A DNA stretch of 40,334 nucleotides from Lacunisphaera sp. Lineage in GTDB: Bacteria; Verrucomicrobiota; Verrucomicrobiia; Opitutales; Opitutaceae. Position numbers and translations under genes: made by a program. Under the pieces are notes generated by a model. The model did not search any database and was not told the origin of the DNA. It was given only the letters and a program-made list of their open reading frames with translations. Below are positions 1 to 10,654 of the stretch, piece by piece. How positions within the stretch are numbered: the first letter of the stretch is position 1; each line of letters opens with the position of its first letter. The stretch spans positions 1 to 40,334 of the forward strand of contig DATFUQ010000054.1 of assembly GCA_035260745.1 (NCBI GenBank), read 5' to 3'.

Positions 1-1
1 G

Positions 2-562
2 GACTTCGCCCTCGTGCTCCGGCAAAGCCTGACCCACGGCCGGCGCACCGCCATCTGGAGCAGCATCGGCGTCGGCTGCGGCATATCCATTCACATCGTC
101 TACTGTCTGCTTGGCCTTGGCTTCGTGCTGAAAAACTCCGCCACCGCCTTCGTGGTCGTCAAATACCTCGGCGCGGCCTACCTAGCCTACGTTGGTTTGC
201 TGGCGTTGCAAACCAAGCCCCGCACCGGCGACCTCGACCTGGCCTCCAGTGTCGCGGCCCCCACCAGCCGGGCGGCGTGGACCACCGGCTTCCTCGTCAA
301 TGTGCTGAATCCCAAGGCCGCCCTCTTTTTCATCTCCCTCTTTCCTCTGGCGGTCAGCGTCACGACCCCAAAGCTCATCCAGGCCGGCTACGGCCTGTGG
401 ATGACGCTGGCGACGATGGCGTGGTTCAGCTTCGTGGCGGTCGTGTTCACCAAGTCCGAGGTGCGGAACAAATTCCTCCGCCACGGCCACTGGATCGATC
501 GCGCCCTGGGTGTGGTCTTCCTCGCCTTCGCCGTGAGCCTGGTGTTCGCGACGCTGCGGTGA
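2..562 (+). CDS. LysE/RhtB family amino-acid exporter (5' truncated by window edge)
   Basis: Frame is open from base 2 (DFALVLRQSL.., typical after the SPGP motif); contains KYLGAAYLAYVG and GFLVNVLNPKAALFF motifs and hydrophobic helices. Confidence 0.9.
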   Translation, partial: DFALVLRQSLTHGRRTAIWSSIGVGCGISIHIVYCLLGLGFVLKNSATAFVVVKYLGAAYLAYVGLLALQTKPRTGDLDLASSVAAPTSRAAWTTGFLVNVLNPKAALFFISLFPLAVSVTTPKLIQAGYGLWMTLATMAWFSFVAVVFTKSEVRNKFLRHGHWIDRALGVVFLAFAVSLVFATLR

Positions 563-568
563 TTCGCC

Positions 569-677
569 GCACGGCGAGGTCGTCATGCCTCAAGGTGGAG
601 CGCGGGCAACCCCGCTCGCGGGTAGGGGCCGTTGTCCTCAACGGTCCTCGGACGGTTGAAGGCAACCGTCCCTACCT
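569..677. repeat. Cluster of REP-like palindromes: degenerate hairpin 569-588, family D unit 594-621, family A doublet 621-676
   Basis: GTGGAGCGCGGGCAACCCCGCTCGCG and GGTAGGGGCCGTTGTCCTCAACGGTCC...GGACGGTTGAAGGCAACCGTCCCTACC lie between convergent genes; siblings occur elsewhere in the window. Confidence 0.85.
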
Positions 678-1151
678 TTTCTTCACGGACACTTTCTTGG
701 CCGAGGTCACCGCCTGGCCGGTCCCGAGGTCCACGATCCAGAAATCGCAATAGCTGTTCTGTCCGAAAATCTTCGCGTCGCTCGCAAACTTCACTTCGTA
801 GCTCGCGCCGGCTTTCGCGGTCAGCTCCAGATCCGTGCGCGCGAAAAAATTGCCGCGATTGAACTCGACCGTCAGCGTGTTGGTGCCGGCCGAGATCTCA
901 ACCAGCGTGTTCCAGCCGGCGCGACCCGCTGCCACCGGCAGACCGTTGACCGCTACGACAAACGCCGTGAAGTTGTCGAACAACGCACTCGATTCCTCGG
1001 AGCCTTTTAGCCTGGCCGTTCCCACGACCACCGGGTGCGAGGGTGCGGCGGCCGGCGCGGAAATATTCGCCGAGATTTTCGACACTGTTTCGCAACCCGA
1101 AAACAGGACGGCGAGGGCGCAGCAGACCGGGAGAATGATTCTTTTCACCAT
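672..1151 (-). CDS. Putative lipoprotein of unknown function (159 aa)
   Basis: Start reassigned to MVKRIILPVCCALAVLFSGC (signal peptide plus lipobox LFSG-C); beta-rich mature part. Confidence 0.75.
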   Translation of the reverse strand: MVKRIILPVCCALAVLFSGCETVSKISANISAPAAAPSHPVVVGTARLKGSEESSALFDNFTAFVVAVNGLPVAAGRAGWNTLVEISAGTNTLTVEFNRGNFFARTDLELTAKAGASYEVKFASDAKIFGQNSYCDFWIVDLGTGQAVTSAKKVSVKKR

Positions 1152-1179
1152 GGCGGAATAATTCCTGGACCAGCCAAAC

Positions 1180-3396
1180 TCATGAACGCGCGCTTGGCAA
1201 GCCGGCGGGGAAGGGCGGGGTGCTCGCCGCGATGGTGGACTGGGCGGCAAGCAGCATCGCGCTGAGCTCCGTGGCGCAACGGGCGAACTGGCTGTAGACG
1301 CTGTGCTCCAGCGGCGTGGCGCCCGCGGCATTCGGCGCGGGCAGGGCGAGCTGGTCGAGCGCATGACGCAGGGCCCGAATGCGATCCGCATCGGCCTGCT
1401 CGGTCTCGGTGACGATAGCCAGGGCCTCCAGGGTTTCGGTGCCCACTTCAACAAACCTGGCCAGTTCGGGGCGGCTGAGGGGCGCGCCGGGGGCCAGGTG
1501 CAAGGCCACCACGGTGAGCGCGCGGGTGAGGCGCTGGTTGCCGTTGGCAAGGGCGGCGGCCTCCTCGAGTCCGGCCTGCTGGTTCTTCGGGTCGCCCGAC
1601 ATGCGTTGCAGCGAGGCGAAGATCACGCTGTTGGCCACCTCCGCGGCGCGCTTGGCGGCGATGACGCCCGCATCGTAGCCGCTGCCGGAGGCGAGATGAT
1701 CGCCGAGCACGCGCAGAAAATCGCGGTTGGCGCGCAAGGCCCGGGCGAGGATGGCGGGGAAACGCTGGCGTTCCCACACCGGCCAGAACAGCTGGGCGGC
1801 GAGCAGCGCCAGCAGGCCGCCGGCGGCGGTGGCGGCCAGCCGCTCGACCGTGAAGGCAATGGTCACCTTGGTGGCAGCCTCGGTAATCAGCACCACGAAG
1901 AGTGTGATGAAGAAAACCGCGATGGTGTAGTTGCGCTTCAGCCAGAATGCGAAACCGAACATGGTGACCGCCATCGCCGCCAGCAGCACCGCCGGCGGCA
2001 GCGTCAGCCAGAGCAGCAGACTGGCGAACAGACTCCCGGCGAAAGTGCCGAGCACGCGCTGTCCGGCGCGCAGCCGTGTGGCGCCGTATTCGGGCTGCAG
2101 CACGACCAGGGCGGTCAGCGGCAGCCAGTAGCCGCGCTCGATGTCGCAATAGATGAACACGGCCACGCCGATCAGGAACACGACGGTGGCGCGGGCGATG
2201 AAGCGCACCAGTGCGGCGTCGGGCCTCCATTCCAAATTGAGGGCCGAGGCCAGCGGGCGGAGCGTCCAGGTCTGCAGGTCGAAAAGCTCGAGGGAGAACG
2301 CGGTGTGCTCGTCCGCCCGCTCGATGGTGGCGCGCAGGGCCTGCTCGGTGGCGGGGAGCAGCGCGGCAATTTGTTTGAGGATGAAGGTCAGTTGCGCGCC
2401 GTCGGCGGCCGAGTGCGTTTGGGTGAGCACGCGGTCCTGCAGGGCCTGCAGCAGGTTGCCCAGCCGGCGCAGGCGCACTTCGCAGGCCGCGAGATGGGAC
2501 GGCTGGCGCGAGACGACCGTGAGAGCGATGGTGCGGGTCGTGTTGGTCAACGAAGTCAGCACCGGCGCAAAGCTCGGTTCCAAGGCCGCGAAGTCGGGGC
2601 GCTCCATCAGAGTCTCGAGCGAGGTGTTGAAGCCCATGAAGCGTGTCGCGAGCCGTGCGGCGGCCATGTTGAGTTCCTCGAGCCGGCGCAAGTAGGGGCG
2701 CGGCCGGCCGGTCTGCGCGGCAGCGAGCAGCGCCGTGGCGTGGTCGAGTGCCGTGCGCAGGGCGGCCTGGCGCTCGGCAATCAGCCGGTGGCGTTCGGCA
2801 GCCACCGGATTAGCGTAGGGGGCCATGGCGGCCATCAGGTCGGATAAAGCGAGCCAGCTGTCGGCGACGGAGCGGCGCAGCGGATGCTGGGCGCGGAACG
2901 GCCACAGCGATACCTGCACCAGCACGCCCCACACGCCGCCCGCCAGCGCGGCGAGAAAATGCCGGTCGGCCTGGGCGGCGCCGTCCGGGTGGGCGAGGGC
3001 GATGAGGAAAAGCAGGGCCGAGGCGGTCGAGAGGGACGGACCGTATTCCGCGCTGAGGTGGCGCCACAAGCCGCTGGCGAGCATAATGAGCACGACGGCG
3101 CCGAGGGCGATCCCCAGCTGGCCGGCCGTGATGCTGCCGAGCCAGGTTGCGCCGGCCAGCACGGCCGCCATCACCAGGAGGAGGCTGAGCCGCAGCGGGT
3201 AGGAGCCGCGGATGTCCACCAGCGCGATGTTCTGTGCCGCGATGGCGGCGAAGGAAATCTCGAAGGGCAGGTGCCACCAATGTGCCGCCAGCATCGGGCC
3301 CATGAAACCCACCGTGCAGCGCAGCGCCCGGCTCAGGTCGGGCTGCAGCCGCTTCCGCTCGATGGCCTCGCGCATCCGCGCGACGAGTTCGTTCAT
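1180..3396 (-). CDS. FUSC family (YccS/YhfK-like) membrane protein
   Basis: Two TM blocks separated by a helical region; RGYWLPLTALVVLQPEYGATRLRAGQRVLGT motif. Confidence 0.88.
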   Translation of the reverse strand: MNELVARMREAIERKRLQPDLSRALRCTVGFMGPMLAAHWWHLPFEISFAAIAAQNIALVDIRGSYPLRLSLLLVMAAVLAGATWLGSITAGQLGIALGAVVLIMLASGLWRHLSAEYGPSLSTASALLFLIALAHPDGAAQADRHFLAALAGGVWGVLVQVSLWPFRAQHPLRRSVADSWLALSDLMAAMAPYANPVAAERHRLIAERQAALRTALDHATALLAAAQTGRPRPYLRRLEELNMAAARLATRFMGFNTSLETLMERPDFAALEPSFAPVLTSLTNTTRTIALTVVSRQPSHLAACEVRLRRLGNLLQALQDRVLTQTHSAADGAQLTFILKQIAALLPATEQALRATIERADEHTAFSLELFDLQTWTLRPLASALNLEWRPDAALVRFIARATVVFLIGVAVFIYCDIERGYWLPLTALVVLQPEYGATRLRAGQRVLGTFAGSLFASLLLWLTLPPAVLLAAMAVTMFGFAFWLKRNYTIAVFFITLFVVLITEAATKVTIAFTVERLAATAAGGLLALLAAQLFWPVWERQRFPAILARALRANRDFLRVLGDHLASGSGYDAGVIAAKRAAEVANSVIFASLQRMSGDPKNQQAGLEEAAALANGNQRLTRALTVVALHLAPGAPLSRPELARFVEVGTETLEALAIVTETEQADADRIRALRHALDQLALPAPNAAGATPLEHSVYSQFARCATELSAMLLAAQSTIAASTPPFPAGLPSARS

Positions 3397-3448
3397 GGCC
3401 CCCGCATTGTTGCGATGCGCGGCCCGGCGTCACGCGTTTTGCGCGGGG

Positions 3449-5533
3449 TCAGGCCGGCGCTGCTGCGGGCGCACGGCCCCGCCGATCCAGCATGAGGCAG
3501 AGCAGGCTGCCGGCGTAGGCGGCGATCACCAGGAATGTAAGATGGTGGCTTCCCACGACCATGCCGAGATATTCGGAGAAGCCGCCGACCATGGCTCCGA
3601 TCAAATTTGCCCCGAACAGCGCGGAGGGATTCGCGGACTCCCGGAATCCCGTGGAAAAAATCAGGCCGGCGAAAAAAACCGGGAGCGGCACGGCGAAGAG
3701 CGTCCACAGGAAGCGTCCCGTGAAACCGAAGGCAAGAATCTGCTCACGTGGCACCACACAGAGCAAGGCCAGTGCCCCGAACAGGGGCACGTAGAACCAG
3801 AATGAGAAGCGCGACACGCGGCCGGCAACGACATTGGACGCAAGCACCATCAGCAGGACGCCCGTGACCACGAGCAGCGTTACCAGCCAGGTGGCGCCGA
3901 AATAAAGCGAACAGTCGGTGATGCTCTTCGTCTCGAGCAGGAGAAAGCCCATGCCGAGCAGGGCGAAATGGGCGTCGCTGCGGCCGAACGAGCGTCCGCG
4001 CAGCGTGCCGACCACCAGCAGGGAAAGGGCGAGCAGCCCGCCGATCACGACCAGATAGTCGGTCGGAACGGTCTTGCGCGCGAGGTAAAGGAAGGGCCAG
4101 TCGTCGGTGGCGGGATCGACCTTCGGCATCCCGGGCATCATGGCGAGCTCAAGGCCGTTGATGGTCGGCGGCGGCGGAGTTGAGAGCTGGCCCCGTGGCA
4201 CGCAGAACACCACATGCCCCGGGCCCACGTAGAACACGGGGATGCGGCCGGTGGCTTCCACCACCATGCGGTATAGCTTCAGCAGCACGAAGTGCTGGCC
4301 GTAGCCAAAGGAGAGGGTAAGGATGCCCTGGTCGTTCAGCAGCCCGTAGGCGGCGCGGATGCTCTCGACCGTGTAGACGAATCCGTCCAGCCGCAGGTTG
4401 CTCATGGAACTGAACAGGGCCTGCGAATCGAGGTAACCGAACGTGACCAGGTCATAGCCCGGCTTCGCCTTGGAAATGAAGGAGCGGGCGTCATCGACAT
4501 GCAGATGGACGCGCGGATCGTCGTAGGGGGCATCGGCATTGAAGCGGCGCGAGATGGCCGCGACGACCGGGTCGATCTCCACCGCATCGATATAGGTGGC
4601 CCCAGCCGCCAGGGCGCCCTGTACGTCCGCCCCGCCGCCGGCACCCACGACCAGGACCCGCTGGCGCGGGCCGCCCAAGATGTAGGGGACGCGATATTGC
4701 GCGCGCTGCTTCGCGGCCAGCTCCGCGGCGGGCGAACCCGGGGTATAGCGTGCGGGATTCTGCGAGGCGTCGATGTGGTAGAAATCCTGGTTGACGCTGA
4801 CCACATAGATGGGCGGATCGCGCATGGTGGCCAAGGCAGGCGGGGCGGACGTCAAGGCTTGGTGCGTCGCCAAGTCGCGCACCACGATATGGTAATAGGG
4901 CGACCAGAGCGTGGCGCGGTCGTTGGCGGCAAACATGCCGAACAACACCAGGGCGAACACCGGGACGATCCAGGCCCAGCGCCGCCAGGGTGCCAGGCTC
5001 AGGTAGAGCAGCATAACACCCGCCATGCCTGGCACCGGGGAGAAATGGAGCAGCGAGAAAAGACCGAAGCACAGCGTGCCGCACAGGCTGCCCCCGAGAT
5101 CCCACGCGTAGGCGGTCAGGCGCGGCAGGGCGCCGAAGAGCGCGCCCATCTGCTGCCCCACCGGGACAAAAACCAGGGCATTCACGACAAAGAGCCCGAA
5201 CAGGATGGCGTAGTTCGTCAGCTGCAGATCCGTCGCGCCAAAGCGCATCTCCGCGCCACTAGAGCCGAGGGCCAGCTGGCGGCACAGCAGCAATGTGCCG
5301 ATGTAGACGGTCAGCAGGACCGGAAACCAGCCGAAGAGGCGCCACTTCCGACCGCTGGCCATCGCGCCGATCCCGAGCCCGAGAAACGAACTCAACAGCA
5401 TCAGGTTGGCGTAATAGGCGACCAGCCGCACGACGGACGGCACCCACCGGATCACCATCAATTCGAGGAACAGGGCGGTGAACGACAGGATGAACATCTG
5501 CCACTTGAGCGGTATTTTTTCCGATGGGTTCAT
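3449..5533 (-). CDS. Membrane-embedded spermidine synthase-like / class I SAM-dependent transferase
   Basis: N- and C-terminal TM bundles flank a Rossmann-like core: VLVVGAGGGADV, DAVEIDP, DDARSF, TDDWPFLY; start taken at MNPSEK. Confidence 0.75.
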   Translation of the reverse strand: MNPSEKIPLKWQMFILSFTALFLELMVIRWVPSVVRLVAYYANLMLLSSFLGLGIGAMASGRKWRLFGWFPVLLTVYIGTLLLCRQLALGSSGAEMRFGATDLQLTNYAILFGLFVVNALVFVPVGQQMGALFGALPRLTAYAWDLGGSLCGTLCFGLFSLLHFSPVPGMAGVMLLYLSLAPWRRWAWIVPVFALVLFGMFAANDRATLWSPYYHIVVRDLATHQALTSAPPALATMRDPPIYVVSVNQDFYHIDASQNPARYTPGSPAAELAAKQRAQYRVPYILGGPRQRVLVVGAGGGADVQGALAAGATYIDAVEIDPVVAAISRRFNADAPYDDPRVHLHVDDARSFISKAKPGYDLVTFGYLDSQALFSSMSNLRLDGFVYTVESIRAAYGLLNDQGILTLSFGYGQHFVLLKLYRMVVEATGRIPVFYVGPGHVVFCVPRGQLSTPPPPTINGLELAMMPGMPKVDPATDDWPFLYLARKTVPTDYLVVIGGLLALSLLVVGTLRGRSFGRSDAHFALLGMGFLLLETKSITDCSLYFGATWLVTLLVVTGVLLMVLASNVVAGRVSRFSFWFYVPLFGALALLCVVPREQILAFGFTGRFLWTLFAVPLPVFFAGLIFSTGFRESANPSALFGANLIGAMVGGFSEYLGMVVGSHHLTFLVIAAYAGSLLCLMLDRRGRAPAAAPA

Positions 5534-5637
5534 GATGGAATCAAACGCCTGGCCCAGTTCGGCGTGGCGCTTTTCTCGGGCCCCCCGGAACGAAAGCAAC
5601 ATTTTTCAGACGATCACCGTCCGGGCACCTTTGTGTT

Positions 5638-6774
5638 TCAGGCGAACACTCCCCCGCCGAGGAGTTTCTCGCCGGCGTAGAGCGCCAGAATCTGGCCGGA
5701 AGCGAGCGCGCGTTGGGGGGATTCGAATTTGATGGAGGCAGTTTTGCCGGCGCCGGGCGTGAACTCACAGAACACGCGGGGGTCGCGGTAGCGGACACGA
5801 CACTCAATGCGCTGTGTCGTCGCAATCGGTTCGCCGATGAAGCTGAGGCTATGCACGCGGCTTTCACTGGTCCACAAACCGGGGGCGTCGGGGCCGTCGA
5901 AGGCGACGAGCAACGCGTGGTCGCTTGCGCGCTTGCCGGTGACGACATACGCCTTGTCGTCGGTGTTCGACGGGATGCGGATGCCGCGGCGCTGGCCGAT
6001 GGTGTAATAGTGCAGCCCGCGGTGTTCGCCGATGATCTTGCCGTCGGTGGCACGGACGATCGGTCCCGGGTGATCCGGCACGTAGGTTTTCAGAAAGTCG
6101 GCCATCTTCACCTCGCCAATAAAGCAGATGCCCTGGCTGTCCTTCTTCTGCGCCGTGGGCAGTTTCGCATCGGCGGCGAGCCCGCGCAGCTCGGGCTTTT
6201 TCAAGTGGCCGATGGGAAAGCGCGCGGCACGGAGTTGTTGCTGCGAAAGCAAAGCGAGAAAGTAGGACTGGTCCTTGTTCTTGTCGGCGCCTTCGAGCAG
6301 GGAATAGATGGAACACGTTGCCTCCAACGCGCTTTCCTCAGTTAGCGCGTTGGGGGCAACGCACTCCACCACGTGTCTGGCGTAGTGTCCGGTGGCGACA
6401 GCCGAAAAACCCTCGGCCTGCGCATACTTGGCAAAGACACCGAATTTCATTTCGCGATTGCACATGACGTCGGGATTGTGCGTGAGACCGCGCTGGTAGC
6501 CGTCGAGCAGATAGTCCACGACCAGCCGGCGGTAGTCCTGCATCAGGTTGACGACCCGGAACTCGATGCCGATCTTCTCCGTCACGGCGCGGGCGTCGTC
6601 GATGTCCTGCCTCCACGGGCAGTGGCCGATGACATTGTCCTCGTTGATCCAGTTCTTCATGTAGGCGCCGACGACGGCGCAGCCCTGCTGCTTGAGCAGG
6701 AGGGCGGCGACAGAGCTGTCGACGCCGCCGGACATGGCGACGAGGATGCGTTCGGGTGGCATGAGGGAAGACAT
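5638..6774 (-). CDS. mnmA: tRNA 2-thiouridine(34) synthase MnmA (with in-frame palindromic insert)
   Basis: [53 protein letters not shown] motifs. Confidence 0.97.
   Translation of the reverse strand: MSSLMPPERILVAMSGGVDSSVAALLLKQQGCAVVGAYMKNWINEDNVIGHCPWRQDIDDARAVTEKIGIEFRVVNLMQDYRRLVVDYLLDGYQRGLTHNPDVMCNREMKFGVFAKYAQAEGFSAVATGHYARHVVECVAPNALTEESALEATCSIYSLLEGADKNKDQSYFLALLSQQQLRAARFPIGHLKKPELRGLAADAKLPTAQKKDSQGICFIGEVKMADFLKTYVPDHPGPIVRATDGKIIGEHRGLHYYTIGQRRGIRIPSNTDDKAYVVTGKRASDHALLVAFDGPDAPGLWTSESRVHSLSFIGEPIATTQRIECRVRYRDPRVFCEFTPGAGKTASIKFESPQRALASGQILALYAGEKLLGGGVFA
6307..6370. repeat. Family A REP doublet inserted in frame in mnmA
   Basis: 27-bp imperfect inverted arms around a 10-nt loop; matches intergenic copies at 12837-12894 and 15257-15311. 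Confidence 0.85.
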
Positions 6775-6775
6775 T

Positions 6776-6872
6776 ATTGTTCAGCGTTCATTGTCCAATG
6801 TTCATTTGTCATTTGAATGCGCCCATGCCCGTCCAATGAAAATTGAACGCTGAGCGATGAACATTGAACAAT
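6776..6872. repeat. Tandem-inverted repeat, 7-bp period (ATTGTTC-like / GAACAAT-like arms)
   Basis: attgttc agcgttc attgtcc aatgttc atttgtc ... gaaaatt gaacgct gagcgat gaacatt gaacaat. Confidence 0.85.
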
Positions 6873-6888
6873 CCTCCGCTCTCCCTGC

Positions 6889-9405
6889 TTGCGGTGGCGC
6901 GGCAAGTGCTGGAAGGTGGTGCCGCCCTTGAACACCCGCGCACCATTCAACGTAGACCAATCCCAACGCATCGCCCGGGCGTGGCTGATGTCCGCCTCCA
7001 CCGGCATCATCGAGCTGGACGCCGACTGGACGGGCGCCTCGCTGCCGTTGCTGGCGCCGGGCGACAAGGCCTTCGCCTTCACCGACCTCAGCCCGGCGGC
7101 GCCGTCGCTCTACGCGGACGAGGCGGCCTATTATGTGGATGACGCCGGCGCGCTGGTCTTCGTGCTCGACCCGGCGGAGCACAGCTGGGTGGACTTCGGC
7201 TCGATGCCGGTCTACGTGGCGGGCGATTTCAACGGCTGGGAAAAGGCCGTGGGCGTGGCCGAGTGGTGCCTGGAACCGGGCGAGCTCAACGGCCGCGCCG
7301 TCTGGCTGCTACGCAAGCCCGCCGCGCCGCTGCTCACCGAGCCGCCGCAGCAGTTCAAGTTCGTCACGGGTGACAACCGCTGGATCGACCTGCCGCGCGA
7401 CGCGACGAATCTCGTGGCCGACGGCAAGGGGCACTTCAACCGCGCCATCCTCCGCTTTCGTACCGGGCGCAATCTGTTCCAGTTCACCACCACGGCGCCG
7501 GTGCTGCTCAACCAGACCTACTCGGTCGTCCACGTGCGCGACGGCCGCGAGGCGACGAAGACGCGGGTGCGGCTGGGGAAATTCTTCCATGAAATGCGCA
7601 GCGGCCTGCCGCTCGGCGCCATCGTGCAGCACGGGGAGACGACCTTCCGGCTGTTCGCCCCGCGCGCGAAGCACGTGCGGCTGTTCGTGTGCGAGAAGCT
7701 GGAGGAGCAGGCATCGGCCTTCGGCTACGAACTGGACCGTCGCGAGGAGGACGGCGGCTGGCAGGGCGTGTGGGAGGCGCACCTCGACAGCGACATGCAC
7801 GGCTGGTATTACTGGTATTCCGTCAGCGGCCCGCACGATGTGTTCGGGCATTTCCATCCCGGCCAGAAGGTGCTCGACCCCTACGCGCAGGCTGCGGTCG
7901 GCCGCGAGGGCCCGGGCATCGTGCTCGACCCGGCGTGGGTGGGATCGGCCGACCGCTCCTTCAGCACACCGGCGTGGCAGGACTTCGTCATGGCCGAGGC
8001 GCATGTGCGCGACCTCGCGGCGCACGCGCCGATCACGCTCAGCCCGGAGGAGCGGCTGGGTTTCACCGGCCTGACGAAATGGGTGGAGAGTCCGGATTTT
8101 TACCTGAAAAAACTCGGCGTGAACTGCGTCGAACTGCAGCCGGTGCACGAATTCGACAACAAGACCCGCGAGGAATACCACTGGGGCTACATGACGGCGA
8201 ATTTCTTCGCGCCGGCCAGCACCTACGGGCTGGATGCGGCGAAGGGCTCGCAAGTGAAGGAGCTGCAGGAGCTGGTGGCGGCGTTCCACCGGCAGGGCAT
8301 GGCGGTCGTCATCGACGTCGTCTACAATCACGTCGGCGAGCCGGCGCACCTGCTGTTCATCGACAAGCTCTATTACTTCGAGCTGGACGACGACGGCGCG
8401 CTGGCGAACTGGAGCGGCGTCGGCAATGACCTGCGCTGCCGTTCCGCGATGGCGAGGCGGCTGATCATCGACAGCCTCCTCCGCCTCATCGAGGTCTACG
8501 GCGTGGACGGCTTCCGGTTCGACCTGGCGGAGCTCATCGGCGTGGACGTGCTGCGCGAGATCGAGGCGGCGGTGAAAAAGGTGAAGTCCGACGTGATCCT
8601 CATCGCCGAGCCGTGGAGCTTCCGCGGGCACATCGCCGCGGCGCTGCGGCCGACCGGCTACGCGTCGTGGAACGACGGCTATCGCAACTTCCTCCGCGAC
8701 TACGTGCGCGGCAACGGCGCGGCGGACAAACTGGAGTATTACCTGAAGGGCTCGCCGTGGCACTTTGCCTACTGGCCGGCGCAGACGGTCAACTACACGG
8801 AGTCGCACGACGACCGCACCTGGCTCGACATGATCACGGAGAACGGCGCAAACAATGGCTTCCACCCGACGCAGAACGACCGGCAGCGCACGCACCTGAT
8901 GGCAGCCATCCTGCTCGCCTCGGTCGGCATCCCGCTCCTCGCCGAGGGCCAGGATTTCCTGCGCTCGAAATACGGCGTGAACAACTCCTACCAGCGCGGC
9001 GACCTCAATGCCCTCGATTACCACCGCCTCGCGCGCTACCCGGCGACGCACGCGTATTTCGCCGGCTGGATCGCGTTCCGGCTCTCGCCGCGCGGCCGGC
9101 TGCTGCGGCTGTGGTCGCGGCCGAGCGAGGGATTTTTCCAGTGCTTCGCCAAACCCGGCGCGCCGGGGCTGGTCGCCATCTACAATGCCGACGGCAGCCA
9201 GGGCCAGTTCCGGCTGATGTTCGCCGTCAACCCGCACCCGGATGACGCGACCATCCCGATCGGCGAGTTCGGCGAATGGGATTGGGAACTGATTGCCGAC
9301 CACGAGTGCTTTTATGAGAACGGCCGGCGTCCTCCGGGTCAGGTGGTGGCGCCCGACCTTTTCATCCCGGGGCTGGGCTGCAGCTTGTGGCAGACGGAGC
9401 GGTGA
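6889..9405 (+). CDS. Glycoside hydrolase family 13, pullulanase/isoamylase-like debranching enzyme with CBM48-like domains (start uncertain)
   Basis: VYVAGDFNGW, FRLFAPRA, LDPYA, WGY, DVVYNH, DGFRFDLA, IAEPW, YTESHD; catalytic D/E/D present. Confidence 0.88.
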   Translation: MRWRGKCWKVVPPLNTRAPFNVDQSQRIARAWLMSASTGIIELDADWTGASLPLLAPGDKAFAFTDLSPAAPSLYADEAAYYVDDAGALVFVLDPAEHSWVDFGSMPVYVAGDFNGWEKAVGVAEWCLEPGELNGRAVWLLRKPAAPLLTEPPQQFKFVTGDNRWIDLPRDATNLVADGKGHFNRAILRFRTGRNLFQFTTTAPVLLNQTYSVVHVRDGREATKTRVRLGKFFHEMRSGLPLGAIVQHGETTFRLFAPRAKHVRLFVCEKLEEQASAFGYELDRREEDGGWQGVWEAHLDSDMHGWYYWYSVSGPHDVFGHFHPGQKVLDPYAQAAVGREGPGIVLDPAWVGSADRSFSTPAWQDFVMAEAHVRDLAAHAPITLSPEERLGFTGLTKWVESPDFYLKKLGVNCVELQPVHEFDNKTREEYHWGYMTANFFAPASTYGLDAAKGSQVKELQELVAAFHRQGMAVVIDVVYNHVGEPAHLLFIDKLYYFELDDDGALANWSGVGNDLRCRSAMARRLIIDSLLRLIEVYGVDGFRFDLAELIGVDVLREIEAAVKKVKSDVILIAEPWSFRGHIAAALRPTGYASWNDGYRNFLRDYVRGNGAADKLEYYLKGSPWHFAYWPAQTVNYTESHDDRTWLDMITENGANNGFHPTQNDRQRTHLMAAILLASVGIPLLAEGQDFLRSKYGVNNSYQRGDLNALDYHRLARYPATHAYFAGWIAFRLSPRGRLLRLWSRPSEGFFQCFAKPGAPGLVAIYNADGSQGQFRLMFAVNPHPDDATIPIGEFGEWDWELIADHECFYENGRRPPGQVVAPDLFIPGLGCSLWQTER

Positions 9406-9414
9406 TTGCCTTGG

Positions 9415-9462
9415 GGTAGGGCCGTGGGTTTTGAGCGGCGCGACCAGCGGTCGCGCCCTACC
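9415..9462. repeat. GTAG-type REP-like element (family E)
   Basis: GGTAGGGC...GCCCTACC ends; the minus-strand unit GTAG-GGCGCGACC-GCT-GGTCGCGCC is a perfect hairpin. Confidence 0.75.
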
Positions 9463-9574
9463 ACTGTGCTGTCGTGCGATAAGACCCGCTGAACAATATG
9501 GCACTCATCTCTCTTGCCAAGGCATGAGGCCTGCTTTTCATTGCCGGCGATTGCCCGCATTTCCCGCGGGCTGA

Positions 9575-10639
<1,065 letters not shown>

Positions 10640-10654
10640 AAAATACTCAATCCT

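Noticed and set aside
1152-1550. Long N-terminal extensions given by the ORF track (lipoprotein, rpmB, S41 peptidase, MidA-like, PilW-like)
   Set aside because: They overlap neighbouring genes; downstream starts give proper family N-termini or signal peptides.
6776-6872. TGTTC / GAACA words as LexA boxes
   Set aside because: They are parts of the heptamer arms and never show the N4 dyad spacing.
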